Shown here piece after piece: positions 40,132 through 53,910 of a stretch of 64,000 nucleotides of DNA. Below the pieces are notes generated by a model. The model was given only the letters and a program-made list of their open reading frames with translations. It was not told the DNA's origin and did no database searches. Each line of letters starts with the position of its first letter. Within the stretch, counting starts at the first letter, position 1. The DNA lies in NCBI GenBank assembly GCA_951406725.2, contig OX597817.1, forward strand, positions 92,194,001 to 92,258,000, given 5' to 3'. Position numbers and translations under genes: made by a program. The stretch comes from Octopus vulgaris (lineage: Eukaryota).

Positions 40132-40409
40132 ATCATCATCATCTTCGTTTAGCATCCGCTTTCCATGCTAGCATGGGTTGGACGGTTCAAATGGGGTCTG
40201 GGAAGCCAGAAGGCTGCACCAGGCCCAGTCTGATCTGGCAATGTTTCTACGGCTGGATGCCCTTCCTAACGCCAACCACTCCGTGAGTGTAGTGGGTGCT
40301 TTTTACGTGCCACCGGCACAGGTGCCAGACGAGGCTGGCAAACGGCCACGATCGGATGGTGCTTTTTACATGCCACCGGCATGGGGGCCTGGCGGGGCTG
40401 GCAAAGGCC

Positions 40410-40412
<3 letters not shown>
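40132..40412 (-). mobile_element. RTE 3' UTR fragment, tail-to-tail with a short plus-strand tail at 40088-40131
   Basis: Reverse complement of the 16400-16640 sequence; CpG-rich. Confidence 0.88.
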
Positions 40413-40447
<35 letters not shown>

Positions 40448-43400
40448 CTTTTAATGTCTACTTTTCCATGCTTGCATGGGTCAGACAGAATTCATTCAGG
40501 TACTTTTTTCACAAAGCTTTGGTCAGCCTGGAGCTGTAAGTAAAAGGGACCTGCCCAAAGTGCCAAACAATGAGACTGAACTGAAGACCATACAGTTGCA
40601 TTGGGAAGCAAGCTCCTAAACCTCACAGCTACACCTGTGCTTATCTATCTTCACTTAAAATAGTTCACTTTCTACTCCATGCCACCCACTCTGTATCTGC
40701 CTTGCTATGTTCAGCACTAAACATTACATATAGTCTCTGTTTTCTACCTTTGCTCCTATTTGCATGTTATACTTATTGGTAGAAATAACCTTTACTTTTT
40801 AATTGGCCCAAATCTGCTTGATGAGCCATTCTACTTCGCTTGTATACATAGTTGCTCATTCTACTAGAAGTAACAGCAAAAACCCACTTGGATTACTCCC
40901 TACCAGCTAATGTAATCTTAGATACACTAAATATATGAAAACCAGGATGGGGGTACTGGATCATATGTCTACTTAATCAAGATTGACATGGAGCTAAACA
41001 ATTAGTCAGGTTCTATCAAATTGTTGTGAATCAACATAAAACTATTCCCTGGATTGACAGTAATATGAGACTTTACTTTCAAAGAGTTTTGTCTAAGACA
41101 TTCAATTTTATTTTTTTAATTCTTGTTAGTATTGCTAATTTATTGAGTTATTTAGAAATATCTAACTCCTGATTGACTTCCTTAGTTTTTTAACAGCATT
41201 TAGAATCTTGATCGGTCCTTGTTTCATATGAAAATTATAATCAGTCCTCTTTTAACATTGTCATCAATCTATCCTAAACTTTTCACTAATCTCTCAAACA
41301 TTCTACTCTCTAAACCATATATCATTTTTCCTTATTTCATTTGAGAAATTTTGGTTTGCATCAGTTTTTACAGCTTTGCCTATAACTATATCTAATAGAT
41401 TGTAGAGATACAAAACTGCATTGACATTCTGAGTACTACTGCAATTTTTTTCTCATTTAAGAGAAGGGGAGACAGCACCTATAATTGTTAGAGGCCTCTG
41501 AAGGTGGGACAAAGTTTTTCTCAACTGGAGATGTGACCTGTATGCTTACAGTAGTTGACTTTATTAAAAGCACCCAAGAATTGTTAATGGAATAAAGGTT
41601 TTTAACAGCTAAATGTACTCCTTACTATGATCCATTGCATATTTACAGAAAGGAATATCAAAGAAAACGTAAGAGTCAAAAACTGATGTAAGGAAAAGCC
41701 TATTATTTAATCATGACTGGAATAAATAAAACTGTAATTTTTGAGCATGTTAAATAAGCCTCACTTAATTATGGGGTTTAAGTGTTATTAATTAATATGA
41801 AATATATTTTGCAGCATCAAAAGGTTTTTTTTCTTATTAGACAATTTTTTTATGAAGATTGGCTGACTAATAGTGAATGATATTGAAGTATTCATGTCAA
41901 ATATATTTGCCTAGAGGAAAGGTTTCTGTGACATCACCAGAGGAAGAGAAATAAGGGGAGACAAATGTTCATTTTAAAAATATTTCAAAACATTTTGATC
42001 CAGAGGACTTGAGTATGGAAGTTAAATGATTATTTATGAACATTCCTGCAGTATGGTGATTTTTTTTTTTCAAATTCCCCACTTCTCACTGATAATATTT
42101 GTAGTCATGGCAACTGGAACTACCATACGTTGTAGTACTACCATACAATTGTAGCTGATTATGAAACAATCCAGGTCATAGCCTACCTATCTATCTACAC
42201 TTACAATTAAAAGTAGATGTATGTATACAAGGTAATTATTATGAAATAATCATGAGGAATATCTATTACAGCTGTTGGGTGGGAGGTATTCTATGAAATC
42301 TTTTAGCTAACCTTTCAATATTGGATAATTTCCAAATTCCAAAATACTTACATTGGCTATGAACTGTTTTCAATGTATTTCTAATAAATATAAAACATTC
42401 TACCTATAATAAAAGTTTGGCAAAAAAATAAGATTCTTTATATTATTTTTACTTTTAAAAAATACACATTTTAAAACTTATTTCAAAATAAAGGGCTATA
42501 GTCAATGTGTTCAGTTTTATTCAGAAATTCTCATTTGTAATAGGCACAGATATTATTATGTGGCTCAGTAGTTTACTTCTTAACCATGTGATTTTTGGTT
42601 TGTTCCCACTGCACAGTATTGTGGGCATATCTTCTACTGTAACCCTGGAGCAATCAATTTTTTGTAAGGGATTTTGATAGATAAAACTGCAGGAAGCACA
42701 TCATTTGTTTGCAAATGTATGTGCATGATTATATTTCCATGCTGTCACCACTTGAGCAAAACAGTGATTATGTTCTTTGTTGATATTATGATTGGTTGAT
42801 TTGCATTTTTGAAGGTCTGTGTAATAAAGAAGTCCTTCACTTGAAAAAAAGGTGAGGGTTGGTGACAAGAAGAATAGTTGACTGTAAAATCCAACTTCAA
42901 ACAACCATTTAAATCTATAACATGGGAAAATGGACATTAAACAAATATGCATTTCCATCTGATTATTGCTGTTATAGTATCAACATTTCTTATACACAGG
43001 TTTATGGTGGTTTTATGGGATTTTTCATTGTTTTTGTTTTTCTCTGTAATCTGTCCAAAAGGCTACTAGTATTATTTCTATTAAATTCTTGAATATTTTC
43101 CCTTACTTCCTCACCTGTTTTATCTTGTTGGAAGACAATCAAATTTTATTATTCCTATTCTGTTGGTTCTCTACTGAGCATGTTTTCTTGACATTGGCAA
43201 CAGGTGTGGTAGTCTTATAGATACCACTTAGAACATTTATACATAAAATGCTGAGATGCTACTCTTGAGATTTCAAATTCATTCGTAACCTCTGAAATAA
43301 CTATTGTTTCACACTTGACTCGGCAACAAATTAAAAAAATTCAACTTTGGAAAATCACTAATAAAGTATAAAAAAGGATACTTCATATGAGAGAGATGCT

Positions 43401-44431
43401 CCAGTGCATTTATCTCATATGAAGCTTATGTTTGCTGCTTGTGATTCCTCTACATCTCTTGAATCTCCATAGCTGACATTGGGTGCAGTTTATGAAGTTT
43501 ATACCTACTCCTTTTCTGCATATCAACTAAGGTCATTTCCCTGAAGATATCAGGGTTCCGTCTTTTTTCCTGCTTTCTAAAACCTTCATCTTTACTAAGT
43601 TTACCTTAAGACGTCATTGAGGATTTAATATCAGCATAACAAGCTAACAAAGCACTAATTGGACTGTGTGTGCCTTGTTTACACTATTGTATATATTTAT
43701 ATCTAGACAAACCAGATCAATAAGTGTTGAGCATCTCAACCATGGACGCAGTACTGTATTGATGACAATTTACAAACACTGTCCTTTTAATTAGTTTTCT
43801 TATATTCATGTTGTCTTTTAAAAGAGTCTTTTGTATTATGCTTGTATCAGCATTATCTTTTCAACCTTTTAAGCCCACATCTGGAACACTGTCCATAATT
43901 AGGTTAAATCTAATTTAAAACCAGTCTATTCTTAATCAGCAAAACATTATAGATATCTGGGCCAATTTTTCTTGATGTCATTCTGTCATATCTTTGTTGC
44001 TTACTATAATGCTGCTGTTAACCAAAGTAAAGGGTTTGACTTATTGCAGATTAAATATTTTCAATCTCATAGGAAAATCTCAAAATTTTATCACTAATTC
44101 CATGCTTGAGGGTATTATTTCAATATTTAGGTCATCTCTTAATTTCCATACTCTCCCATTTACTAATGACAGATTTCTTAAATGCTTAATGAGCCTTTGC
44201 TAAATTCTAATGTCATTTATACTAAGCAGTTAAGTTTCTGTTGTCATAATGACCTTGGTAACTATAGCATAGTAACTATGGTTGACAGTCAACACATTTT
44301 ATTTTGTTATGTGTTTGTATTTGGCTAGATGTCAACCTGCTGCAAGGTTTGCAACTTACAGTAGTTCAGTATATCAGAATTCAAAATTGAAATCTAGAAG
44401 TGGTCCATCTTTTTTATATATTCTTTTATTC

Positions 44432-45924
44432 TTTTACTTGTTTCAGTCATTTGACTACAGCCATGCTGGAGCACTACCTTAAAGGGTTTTTTAGTCAAAG
44501 AAATCAACCCCAGGACTTGCTCTTTGTAAGCCTGGTACTTATTCTGTTTTCTCTTTTGCCATCATCAGTTGTCAAGTGATGGTGGTGGTACAAACACAGA
44601 CTCAGAGACATAAATGTACACACACACACACACACATATATATACATATTGTTACGGAATCACCCGTTGTCGCTCGCCCGAACGGCCCACCAGTTCGCCA
44701 CGGAACCCAAAGAGAGGAGACAGCAACAGAGATACTGCAACAACCACAACCTCAGCACAGAGATACAACCCAAAGAGAGGCAAGGCAACAGAGACACTGG
44801 CTTATATATTTAAACAACAGTTTATACGACAATTACAATTGTTACAACATCAAGATACATCAAAGCATGCACGTGACTACTCAATACATAATACAACAGC
44901 ATTTCAAGAGTACAACTCAAAGCATAATACAACATCATGTAACAATTCAAGAGTACACGTCCCAAGACAACAGTTCTTTAAAGTCTCTTCCTAAACATCA
45001 CAATCAACAAGTCCTTTACTCTTCTTCTTCACAATGTCCTTTATCGACCACATCGACAGAGTCCTTGACTGTTCTTTTCACTGTTCAATACACCGTGACA
45101 CATATCAATGCACAAACACATACCTCAATCCCTAATTGAATCTGCCAGTGTCCCATTCCTCTCAATACTGCTAATTCCTCTGAATACTGCTAATTCCCTT
45201 CTGTGCCGCCAAGCTTTCTCGCATCCAACTTGCTCCTAAGAATTCCAACGCTTGCTCCTTAAATCCAAGGTCCGTCTGTCTTCTTCGAGGACCGGCCAGC
45301 GACTGCAAGATCCGTCTGTGTTCCTCGACGACCGCTCAACGACTGCCTAGACCTCACTTCGTCTCTGTACTTCGCTTCCACTCCCTCATCTCCCTCTTAT
45401 AGCCTTTCTATTTGCTATCTCATTCCTTACTGCCTATCCCTATCGCCTGCCAGACTCTTCCTCTCTATCTGTCCCTTAGTCTTATACTCTATCTCTATTT
45501 GCTCTCAGCCCTTAATCTGTCCCTTTTCTCCCACTGTCAATACCCTCTCCATCTGCTCTTAGATTCCCTTAATCTGTCTTCCTCTCTCACATTCTCACTG
45601 ACCCTCTTATCAACCGCACGAGGTCACAGGTCATTCCAAAACCCATCAGTCTTCCATTAGACAAAGAACCCGTCACATTTCACCAGACATCATGGTGCCA
45701 TTATTCCTATGTGGGTCACCAGAAATGCACCTAGCCAACCGTAACAATATATATATATATACACACATGATCGGCTTCTTTCAGTTTCCATTTACCAAAT
45801 CCACTCAAGGCTTTGGTTGGCCCAAGGCTATAGTAGAAGACACTTGCCCAGGGTGTCATGCAGTGGGACTGAACCTGGAACCATGTGGTTGGGAAGCAAG
45901 CTTCTTACCACACAGCCACACCTG
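44432..45924 (-). mobile_element. Family B SINE split by a solo LTR
   Basis: 44432-44649 and 45747-45924 join into a sequence colinear with 23782-24146. Confidence 0.85.
44650..45746 (-). mobile_element. Solo LTR (probably Gypsy-type), 1097 bp
   Basis: Termini TGTTACGG...CCGTAACA with 4-bp ATAT TSD; TATA-like ggctataagagg on the minus strand near 45400; no internal coding domain. Confidence 0.88.
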
Positions 45925-47144
45925 TCAAAAGACTAATAATTATGGCCAAGACTCTTTTCAGTGCTTTCATGACTGTTAGCAGCCAGATGGTGATGTTGAA
46001 ACCAACCATATCCGGCTCAAATATTCTACCTATTTTATATTCAAACTAGCCAAATCCAACCTCTTACACCCACCTAACAATGTCATTCTCAAACTAAACA
46101 GCCAGATCATCAAAATTTTAAAGCTGTGAGATAATGCATGACAAATTGAAAACAACGTAAATAAATATATATTGTATTCAACAGAATAATCTGAATACTA
46201 ATGGGTTAATCAGGCAATGAGTTAAGTATACTGCTCAAGATTCAAGACTATTGTGTCTAAATTGCCACTATAGTTCTGAGTCTGAATCAACATAGTTGTC
46301 TACCAAATTTCTTTACACAATAATACTTTTCACCTTTCCATAACATAAATACTTGATAACAAGTATTTATGAATATACTAAAGTCAAACAGATAAAAAGT
46401 TTTGTGTCCAAATCAAGAAATTGTTATATTTTTTGTTGGAATAGGAGGGTTAGTGAGCATCTCTATCTTCCCATCCTAATGAGAGTGATGTGGTTGTTCA
46501 GCTGAGACTTGTATAGTTTAATACCTAAGGGCTACAATTCTTGGAAAGAATGTTAGAGATTTGGATGGAGACACTAGGTATGATGAGAAAGTGTGAAGCC
46601 AGTACATTAACTGAATGAAGGTGATAGCCCACCTACCTGAGAAGTGTTCAAGACTGAGTCAGTTTTGCTTAATCTTCATCTCAGACGTTTATACTTATTT
46701 ATGGTAAAGACAGTTACATGCTCTATAAGTGAATTTCTCTATTTCTGCACTGTAGTTATAAAATACCTCAGCCAAGTATCACGTATAAATAGTAAGACTT
46801 ATATCAAAATGCATGGATAATGTTATTGCTAAGTACATTTGTGCCACAAACATTTGAAGTCTGAAATATATCAGAGGCATCTGGTGATGTGAGGAAATTA
46901 TATGAAGCAGTGGATATCAGAACAGGAATAAAATGGAGGATTTTCATCCCAATATAGCACTTATAACCCTAATGAGGGATTTTTGTTTTTCTTTACTATA
47001 TCTCAGGGAAAGAAGCGATGAGATGCCTATGAGCATTCTCTCCCTACTATTTATGTAGCAGCTTAAGTAAAATAGCCAAAATCAAATCTGAAACATCTAT
47101 TATAAAATGTTCAAGATTATATCAACTATCATAGTATACTGATG

Positions 47145-47532
47145 TGACTGTGAGGTTGACATATGTGAGTGTCAGAGAGGAAAACTTCTACCATGGTACT
47201 CTGGGGAATATATTGATGTAAATAGTAAAACCTTGCATATATGAGAGTCAAAGATCATGTCTACTTCCATGGTACTAACATGTTTATATAGACTAGCAGA
47301 ACCCATGAATATTTCATGGAATTAATGGTAAACTTATTGACTGTGAGGCTGACATATGTGAGTGTCAGAGAGGAAAACTTCTACCATGGTACTCTGGGGC
47401 ATATATTGATGTAAATAGTAAAACTTTGCATATATGAGAGTCAGAGATCATGTCTACTTCCATGGTACCAACACATTTATATAGACTAGCAGAACCCATG
47501 AATATTTCCTGGAATTAATGGTAAACTTATTG
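47145..47532. repeat. 193-bp tandem duplication containing a Helitron 3' terminus
   Basis: Units start with tgactgtgagg at 47145 and 47338 and are highly similar; each contains actagcagaacccatgaatatttc.tgg. Confidence 0.92.
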
Positions 47533-50149
47533 GGCTATTTCTGAAAACTTTATCAAAAAAACCTGCAAGTATAGCCAGTGTCGTGTCTGTATCAAGATAT
47601 AATCATTTATTGCATGTGTTTAGGGTCTGTGTATGGGGCACAGGAATGTATATAGACGTGACCTAATATAAAGATCATGTCTACTGCCATGGTACACAGA
47701 GAGTGTATATAATGTGACCAGAGATCCAACACTTCTTTGACCACACCCATATGAGGAATTGTTTGCCAATTAAACATTTATTAGTTTTCTAGGGATGCTA
47801 GAAACTTGAGGTTTCTGAAGAGTATTGCTTGGAGATTGTCATGTCAAACAAACACAGATAACAACCTTACTTTAATCAAAAGTTTTCAGGGGTCGGTGTC
47901 TGGTGTGTAATGTACAGCAAGTTATTAATAGTTGTGGCTCTGTGGATATCATACTGAGGAGGAAGAGAGAGTCAAGGGAATGAAGCAGGTAGTTGGTTAC
48001 AACTGTTTTCATTATCTTTGATTATCTTTGAAAGGTTCACAGGATCAGAGAGATTACTCTTCTTCTTTCCATCATTTGGGACAGATCCCTTTGTGAGGAT
48101 AAGAATTTGGTCTGGAGCGAACTAGCTATATTAATAACACACTACAAGGACCCATCACTTTGATGTGCTAGTAACATCTACATGCATTGCAACTTTGTGT
48201 AATTGGTAGTGAATTCATTAAATAAGCTTCACCACTCCTCGATACAAAAAATGGTTTTGTGACACTGGTAAGCATGGACATGAACAGATACACAAACACA
48301 CACATTCAGCACATTATATAAATATGTCTGTCTTTTACACTTTAAATACCTCTATTATAAAAGAAACCTGTCTTTAACATAGAAACCAAACTTAGTTGTT
48401 AATATATCAAAAACTATATGAAATCGCATCCTAAATGTTAAAAATGTCTTGCATATTTTTACTGTCTGTCTCCTATCAGATAAAATGGCCACAACATAAG
48501 GCTTTTGTTTGATTTGTTCATACTGTCCAAGTAAGCAATATTTGTAATATAACCAAATATATAAGTAGTTACAGTTACAAATATGAATCTGTAATCAGGT
48601 TATAGCAGCTGTACATCTCTGAAGCAACTACATGTATATGCATACATATGTGTGTATATTTATGCAAACATTATGTAAGCACATACACAATATTGTGTAT
48701 GGGAGATATTCAGGTGCATCATACTTTCACAGAAATTAAAATTAATTGATAACAAGCTTTGTAAGTTGGTTTGTTTTACTGCAAATTTTTTTTCAGTATC
48801 TTTCTCGTTTTTTTAAATTGAATTCTTTACTTTAATAGTTCGTACTATGTAACCAACACCATTTTCTCCTTCCCAAACTCATCATAACTTCCATCTTTTA
48901 AATATTTCAAAATGAAAAACCGTCCACTTCCTGTGTGTTTCAGTTATTCTTCAAAAATGTAACTGAACTTCCATTAATGTTCTATGAATATGCAAGTTGT
49001 TTTGATAATCCATATTCCTTATCATTTATCTCACATCCTTTTGGGTGAAATAGTGGTTCACTCAGAAGAAGGGCTTTTTATTTACACTAACGTCCCCTTT
49101 TTTTAAATGGGAAATGACATCATTTGTTTTTCGAGTATGAATATGATATTGTTGGGGTTTTTTTGGGTTTTTTTCAGTCATAGGATTGTCTGTTTTCTTT
49201 TCTCCTGATACTTTTTTTTAAATCTTTACTTTTACCAAATATTAGAATTATACACTAGCAAAACAAAATTAACCACCCTACATTACATTTTTAATATTAA
49301 AGTTGTAATTATTTTTTTATCTCTTATCTGTTAATTAATATTTTGTTAAAACATGAGGCAAACAGTCATTGTTAGCATTGATGATTCTTTTCCAAATTTA
49401 CAACTCGCTCGGTTGTTAAACTGCAGTCAATTAGGAGGCATTTTTCTATTATAAAATTTTCAATCAACTGCTATTAAATAATGCTTGGAAGAAAGGGGTT
49501 AATTCATTTTTTCACACAACATCTTTGTATTTTCACTACTACAATCCTACAATGTAGTTCAACTGTTACTATGATAGCATTTTCAAATAATTCAAAACTT
49601 CCTGTAGAATCACTGCTGCAAATTTGGTTGCTACTCTAACTTAGCTTGATACTTTAAAATCCCTATGAGGTTAATAGTTCAGCAAGTCTCTCCATGGTGT
49701 TTCTCACAATCTCCAAAATAAATTCTATTGAGTTGTCAACTTTGAAATGCAAGGTAGTCCTAATCTTACTACTATTCAGTTGGTTTTAATTTTTCACTGA
49801 CCTTGATTTGGTATTTATCAGTGTTAGTGTGACTGGCAATGGTCTCCCTCTCTTGGAAGATCTAAAGAGAAGTAATGTACATTGTTTTCCAGATGTGTTT
49901 TTGTTATGTCTGTATTGATATCAATGGCTGATGTGAGTTACTTTTTTGGTAATTGAAAAAATTGCCTGTTAATTGAATGGCATCTCTGCATATTATACAC
50001 ACACACTCATACACAAATTTAATTAGGTGAATGTATTCAAAATAGTTTGAATAGCAAAGTATCAATTTCAAATTGATACTCTACTATATGTATTGTCTAT
50101 TTTTCTATCATTTATTTGTGTGTGCACATACCCACACCCACCTTTTGCT

Positions 50150-50527
50150 GCATATAAAAACATTGCTTTCCAACATGTGGTCTTGGGTTCAGTCCCATTG
50201 CACAGAACCTTGGGCAAGTACCTTCTGTTCTGTTATAGCTCTGGGTTAGCCAAGTCCTCATGAGTGGATTTGGTAGCCAGAAACTAAAAGAAGCCTGTTG
50301 TGTGTGTGTGCGTGCGTGCGCACCTTTAATCAGATATCATGTGATAGTTGTAAATGAGCATCATCATCATACAAGCAAGAGTGTTCTTTTCCATGGGGGA
50401 ATATTACTTTGATTAAAAACAGATGGGAGTTGGTGACAGGAATGGCATCCAGCTGTAAAAAATCTGCCTCAAAAATTCCATCTGACCCGTGCAAGCATGG
50501 AGAAAGGGACATTAAATGATGATGATA
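50150..50527 (+). mobile_element. Family B SINE variant with an RTE-derived 3' tail
   Basis: Family B head and core, then (TG)n, then gagttggtgacaggaatggcatccagctgtaaaa...gcatgga...ttaaatgatgatgat, as at the RTE 3' ends. Confidence 0.8.
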
Positions 50528-52372
50528 TACTCACACACACTACACTCACAGGTACACATATAATCATCACCATCATCATTTCATTGTATACCTTTCCATG
50601 TTTGCACATGTCTGACAAAATTCTTTGGCAAGTATTCTAAGGCCTGATGAAATTCTTCTTGTTAACTCTCACTTGTTTCCATGCAAGTATATTTACTTAT
50701 CCCTCAATGACCAACTCAAGAGCTAGGCATTATTTTTCACAGAAAAATATAAACATCTGACACTGTGTGTATGGTGATTGATTATGATCAGCATGCAAAT
50801 GATAAAGGCAAGCATACACACATATGCACACGTGTGCATGTGTGTGTATTGAACCTGTAGAAGATAGAGACCTAGTAAGATGATCAATTGTAAAGAATTT
50901 ATATATACTCATGTGTTGTTCTATTTTCCTGTTTGCCTAACCAAAAAGTAAATACATACACATTCTCAGAAACATGGGTGTGTAAAAGCATGTAACTTAG
51001 TAGTTTTGATTCCTGGACTGGGCAGTACATTGTGTTCTTGAACAAAACACTTTATCTCACATTGCTCTGTAATCACTTCAACATCTGTACAGGCAATGTT
51101 ATTGGATGGAGGGAGTAAGCTAATGTACCACCCTAACATTAGATCACTATTGACATCATTTGTGCAGGTTGTTATATAAGAAATTGCATCTACAACAGAA
51201 AAGTCCATGATATGTGTGTTTGCATCATCATTTAATGTCCCTTTTCCCATACTGGTATGGGTCAGGCAGTTCGACAGGAACTGACAAGCCAGAGGGATGC
51301 ACCAAGCTCTAATCTTTACTTTGGCATGGTTTCTGCAGCTGAATTTCTTTTCTAATGCCAGCCACTTTACAAGGTGAACTGGGTGCATTTTTCTGTGCAG
51401 CACTATGAGGTCACCAAGTTTTAACAAGACAAGATCCTTCAACTGAATAGGGTATAGTATTGAAAGATTTGGAAGTATGATAGAAGGATAAGAACAGGTG
51501 TCATGTTAAAAAGGTGAATATATGGATTCCACTGATGGAAAGGGTGGGAGAGATGGTGTGAGCATACCTCCATGGTGAAGATAAGGGAAAGAATGAAGAC
51601 TGAGGAACAGAAACTGGGTGGTTAGATAAGTGTGAAAAGAATGTGACCTATTTATATTTACAAGGAGTCACAAACATACACATATTCACACTTGCATATA
51701 TACTTACAACTGTGCATGTGTGTGTGTAATAGTAACATACAAATGGCATTTAAATTTGCAACAGCAACTTCTATAGAACTATATTCAATATAGACATAAA
51801 ATATTACATATTATATAATACCACCATCATCAGGCATACTTTAATTTAGATGGTAAACCAGGGACTTAGCCACATATTCCAGTTTGTGTCAGCTTTATGT
51901 AATTATATTTTGCTATATTCTAATATATGTAATTATATTTTGCTATATGCTAATATATCTTATTTGTTGATATGACTCAATTCTTAATGAATCCTTATAG
52001 ATGAAGTGTATTATTTTATATATACACACACACACACCATTTATTGTGGATATACTCTGAGAACTGTAAGAATGGCATAACACTGTGGTATTTGTCCTGA
52101 GAAAGCACAGAAGTATCAGTAGTGGATAAAAAATGTCCAGTACCAGTGGTAGAATTACTAGAACACTTAACTTCTGCATGTTCTTTCATCATCTGCAGCA
52201 GGTGTCCTCTTTCATTCATTTTTGATCTGATATTATTTCTGTGCTTTTTAGTAGTGTGTCAATGTAAGATGTTTTCTCAATACAAATAGCACGGTATTAT
52301 ACCATTCTTACAGTATATCCTCATTAAGTAAGATATACAGATTGATTTTCAGTACTAATACAGTTTCTGTCA

Positions 52373-52417
<45 letters not shown>

Positions 52418-52420
<3 letters not shown>

Positions 52421-53113
52421 TAAAAACGGTAAAGTAACAAAAGAAAGAAAGTGACCTCAATATTATGTAAATAGAGGAAATTTATCTGTAAATTAATATG
52501 TGACAATTATTCAATAGCCAAGATAAAACTTTGAGTTTCGGATGCCGAAGTGTAAATCCACAGCACCATCTCTTCGGTTATCTGGCCATCTGAAAAACGC
52601 TATGAAAAAATACCGTTATATAAAGGGAAATTACTGTGTTATAATTCCGCTACTTATATAAATTAAAATTAAAAATTCATAGTAAACACGTAAGCATGGC
52701 TACTCATAAGCTCACATGTGCACTCGCGCACCCACGTGCGTACTTATGTCACTATGAAAACGTACACATCTTCACTTGCATTTTTCGCCAAATGTATACG
52801 CATATATATATATACAAACTCATACACACACACGCGTACCGTAAAAGTACATACATATGTCTATATACGCACAAGCACAAGAAAAAACATTGTTAAAGGT
52901 AACAATACAGAAAAAACATAAGGAAGTATACAAAGCGTAAAAACAACATTCATATACGGACATGCCCTTATGCATGCATGCACACACACGCCCATATATG
53001 TACATACCTGCACATGTTTATATATGCATACACACACATGCATACACAAAAAAGAGGATTATACATACGTCCCCAAAAACCCCGAAAAAATTGTAAAAAT
53101 ACTAAGTAAAAAC

Positions 53114-53169
<56 letters not shown>

Positions 53170-53910
53170 ATTCTTATGCCCGCACACATCTATATACATA
53201 CACACCTGCCCACTCATACATATTCACACACGTGTACAAATGAATCTATATACACATCTATATAGGCACGGAAAAATGCAGGATGGAAGAGTACAGAAAA
53301 AATTATTATGTGTGAAAATATAAAAATATAGGAAAAAATAAAAGGTATAATGAGATAAAAAAACTTTTTGGGACATAATATAGAAAGCAAGTTCTGTCTG
53401 TATTCTTGGGGGGACCAAAAACATAACAAAAATGTTGTCACATGTGGGCATGATCCAAAAATTTCTGTCCTTGAGTTTAGACATGTAGTAGGGTCTAAGC
53501 TGCTTTTCCAGATAAGCCATCTCTCCATGTCGCATAGACTGCACTTTCTGCTGCCGTTGGTGTAGGGTTTACATTTGGCCAAAATCTTCCAATGGATGTT
53601 GTAATTGACACCTTTATCTTTTAATGACCAAATATGATTGGATAATTTTGTCGCTTTTCTTTTGTTCCAGTGCCTAAAACTCAAGGTGTGGTTATTGAAC
53701 CTGGCCTTGAAATTACCCTCTGTAAGGCCCACGTATTTCTTCGGCGAAATGGTGTCTTTAGTGGTTATAGAGTCCACGGTAGCTTCATAGATGATGGTCT
53801 TGGACATGCAAGCTCCATTTAGCGAGCACAATTTTTTATTCCTGCATATTCTAGGAATAAAAAAATTGTGCCCGCTAAATGATGGTTGAAATAAGTCTTC
53901 AATTGTAATA
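52418..53910 (-). mobile_element. 5'-truncated Penelope-like element (GIY-YIG endonuclease and 3' region)
   Basis: ORF 53214-53831: CSLNGAC..IIYEATV..KKYVGLTEGNFKARFNNH..SF..TKLSNHIW..WKIL..C.LC..E..LNSR.EI...C.H; flanked by (TA)n; hammerhead-like motif near the 3' end. Confidence 0.9.
52517..52586 (-). ncRNA. Degenerate type I hammerhead ribozyme in the Penelope 3' region
   Basis: Minus strand: gccagauaa CCGAAGA gaug..(22 nt)..cauc c GAAA cu caa aG UU uuaucuuggc. Stem I is about 9 bp, the core has U4>C, and the triplet is GUU. Confidence 0.65.

Noticed and set aside
44576-45139. 187-aa Q/T-rich ORF
   Set aside because: It lies across a SINE-LTR junction in low-complexity A/C-rich LTR sequence and has no recognisable domain.
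47810-47860. Other CTGA(A/T)GA hammerhead-core-like words (also near 50645, 28883, 43541)
   Set aside because: No closing stem II with GAAA, or no stem I/III pairing.
51896-51958. ~30-bp direct duplication and a nearby possible Tc1/mariner remnant to ~52380
   Set aside because: The duplication is an ordinary slippage product, and the second TIR and catalytic motifs could not be established.
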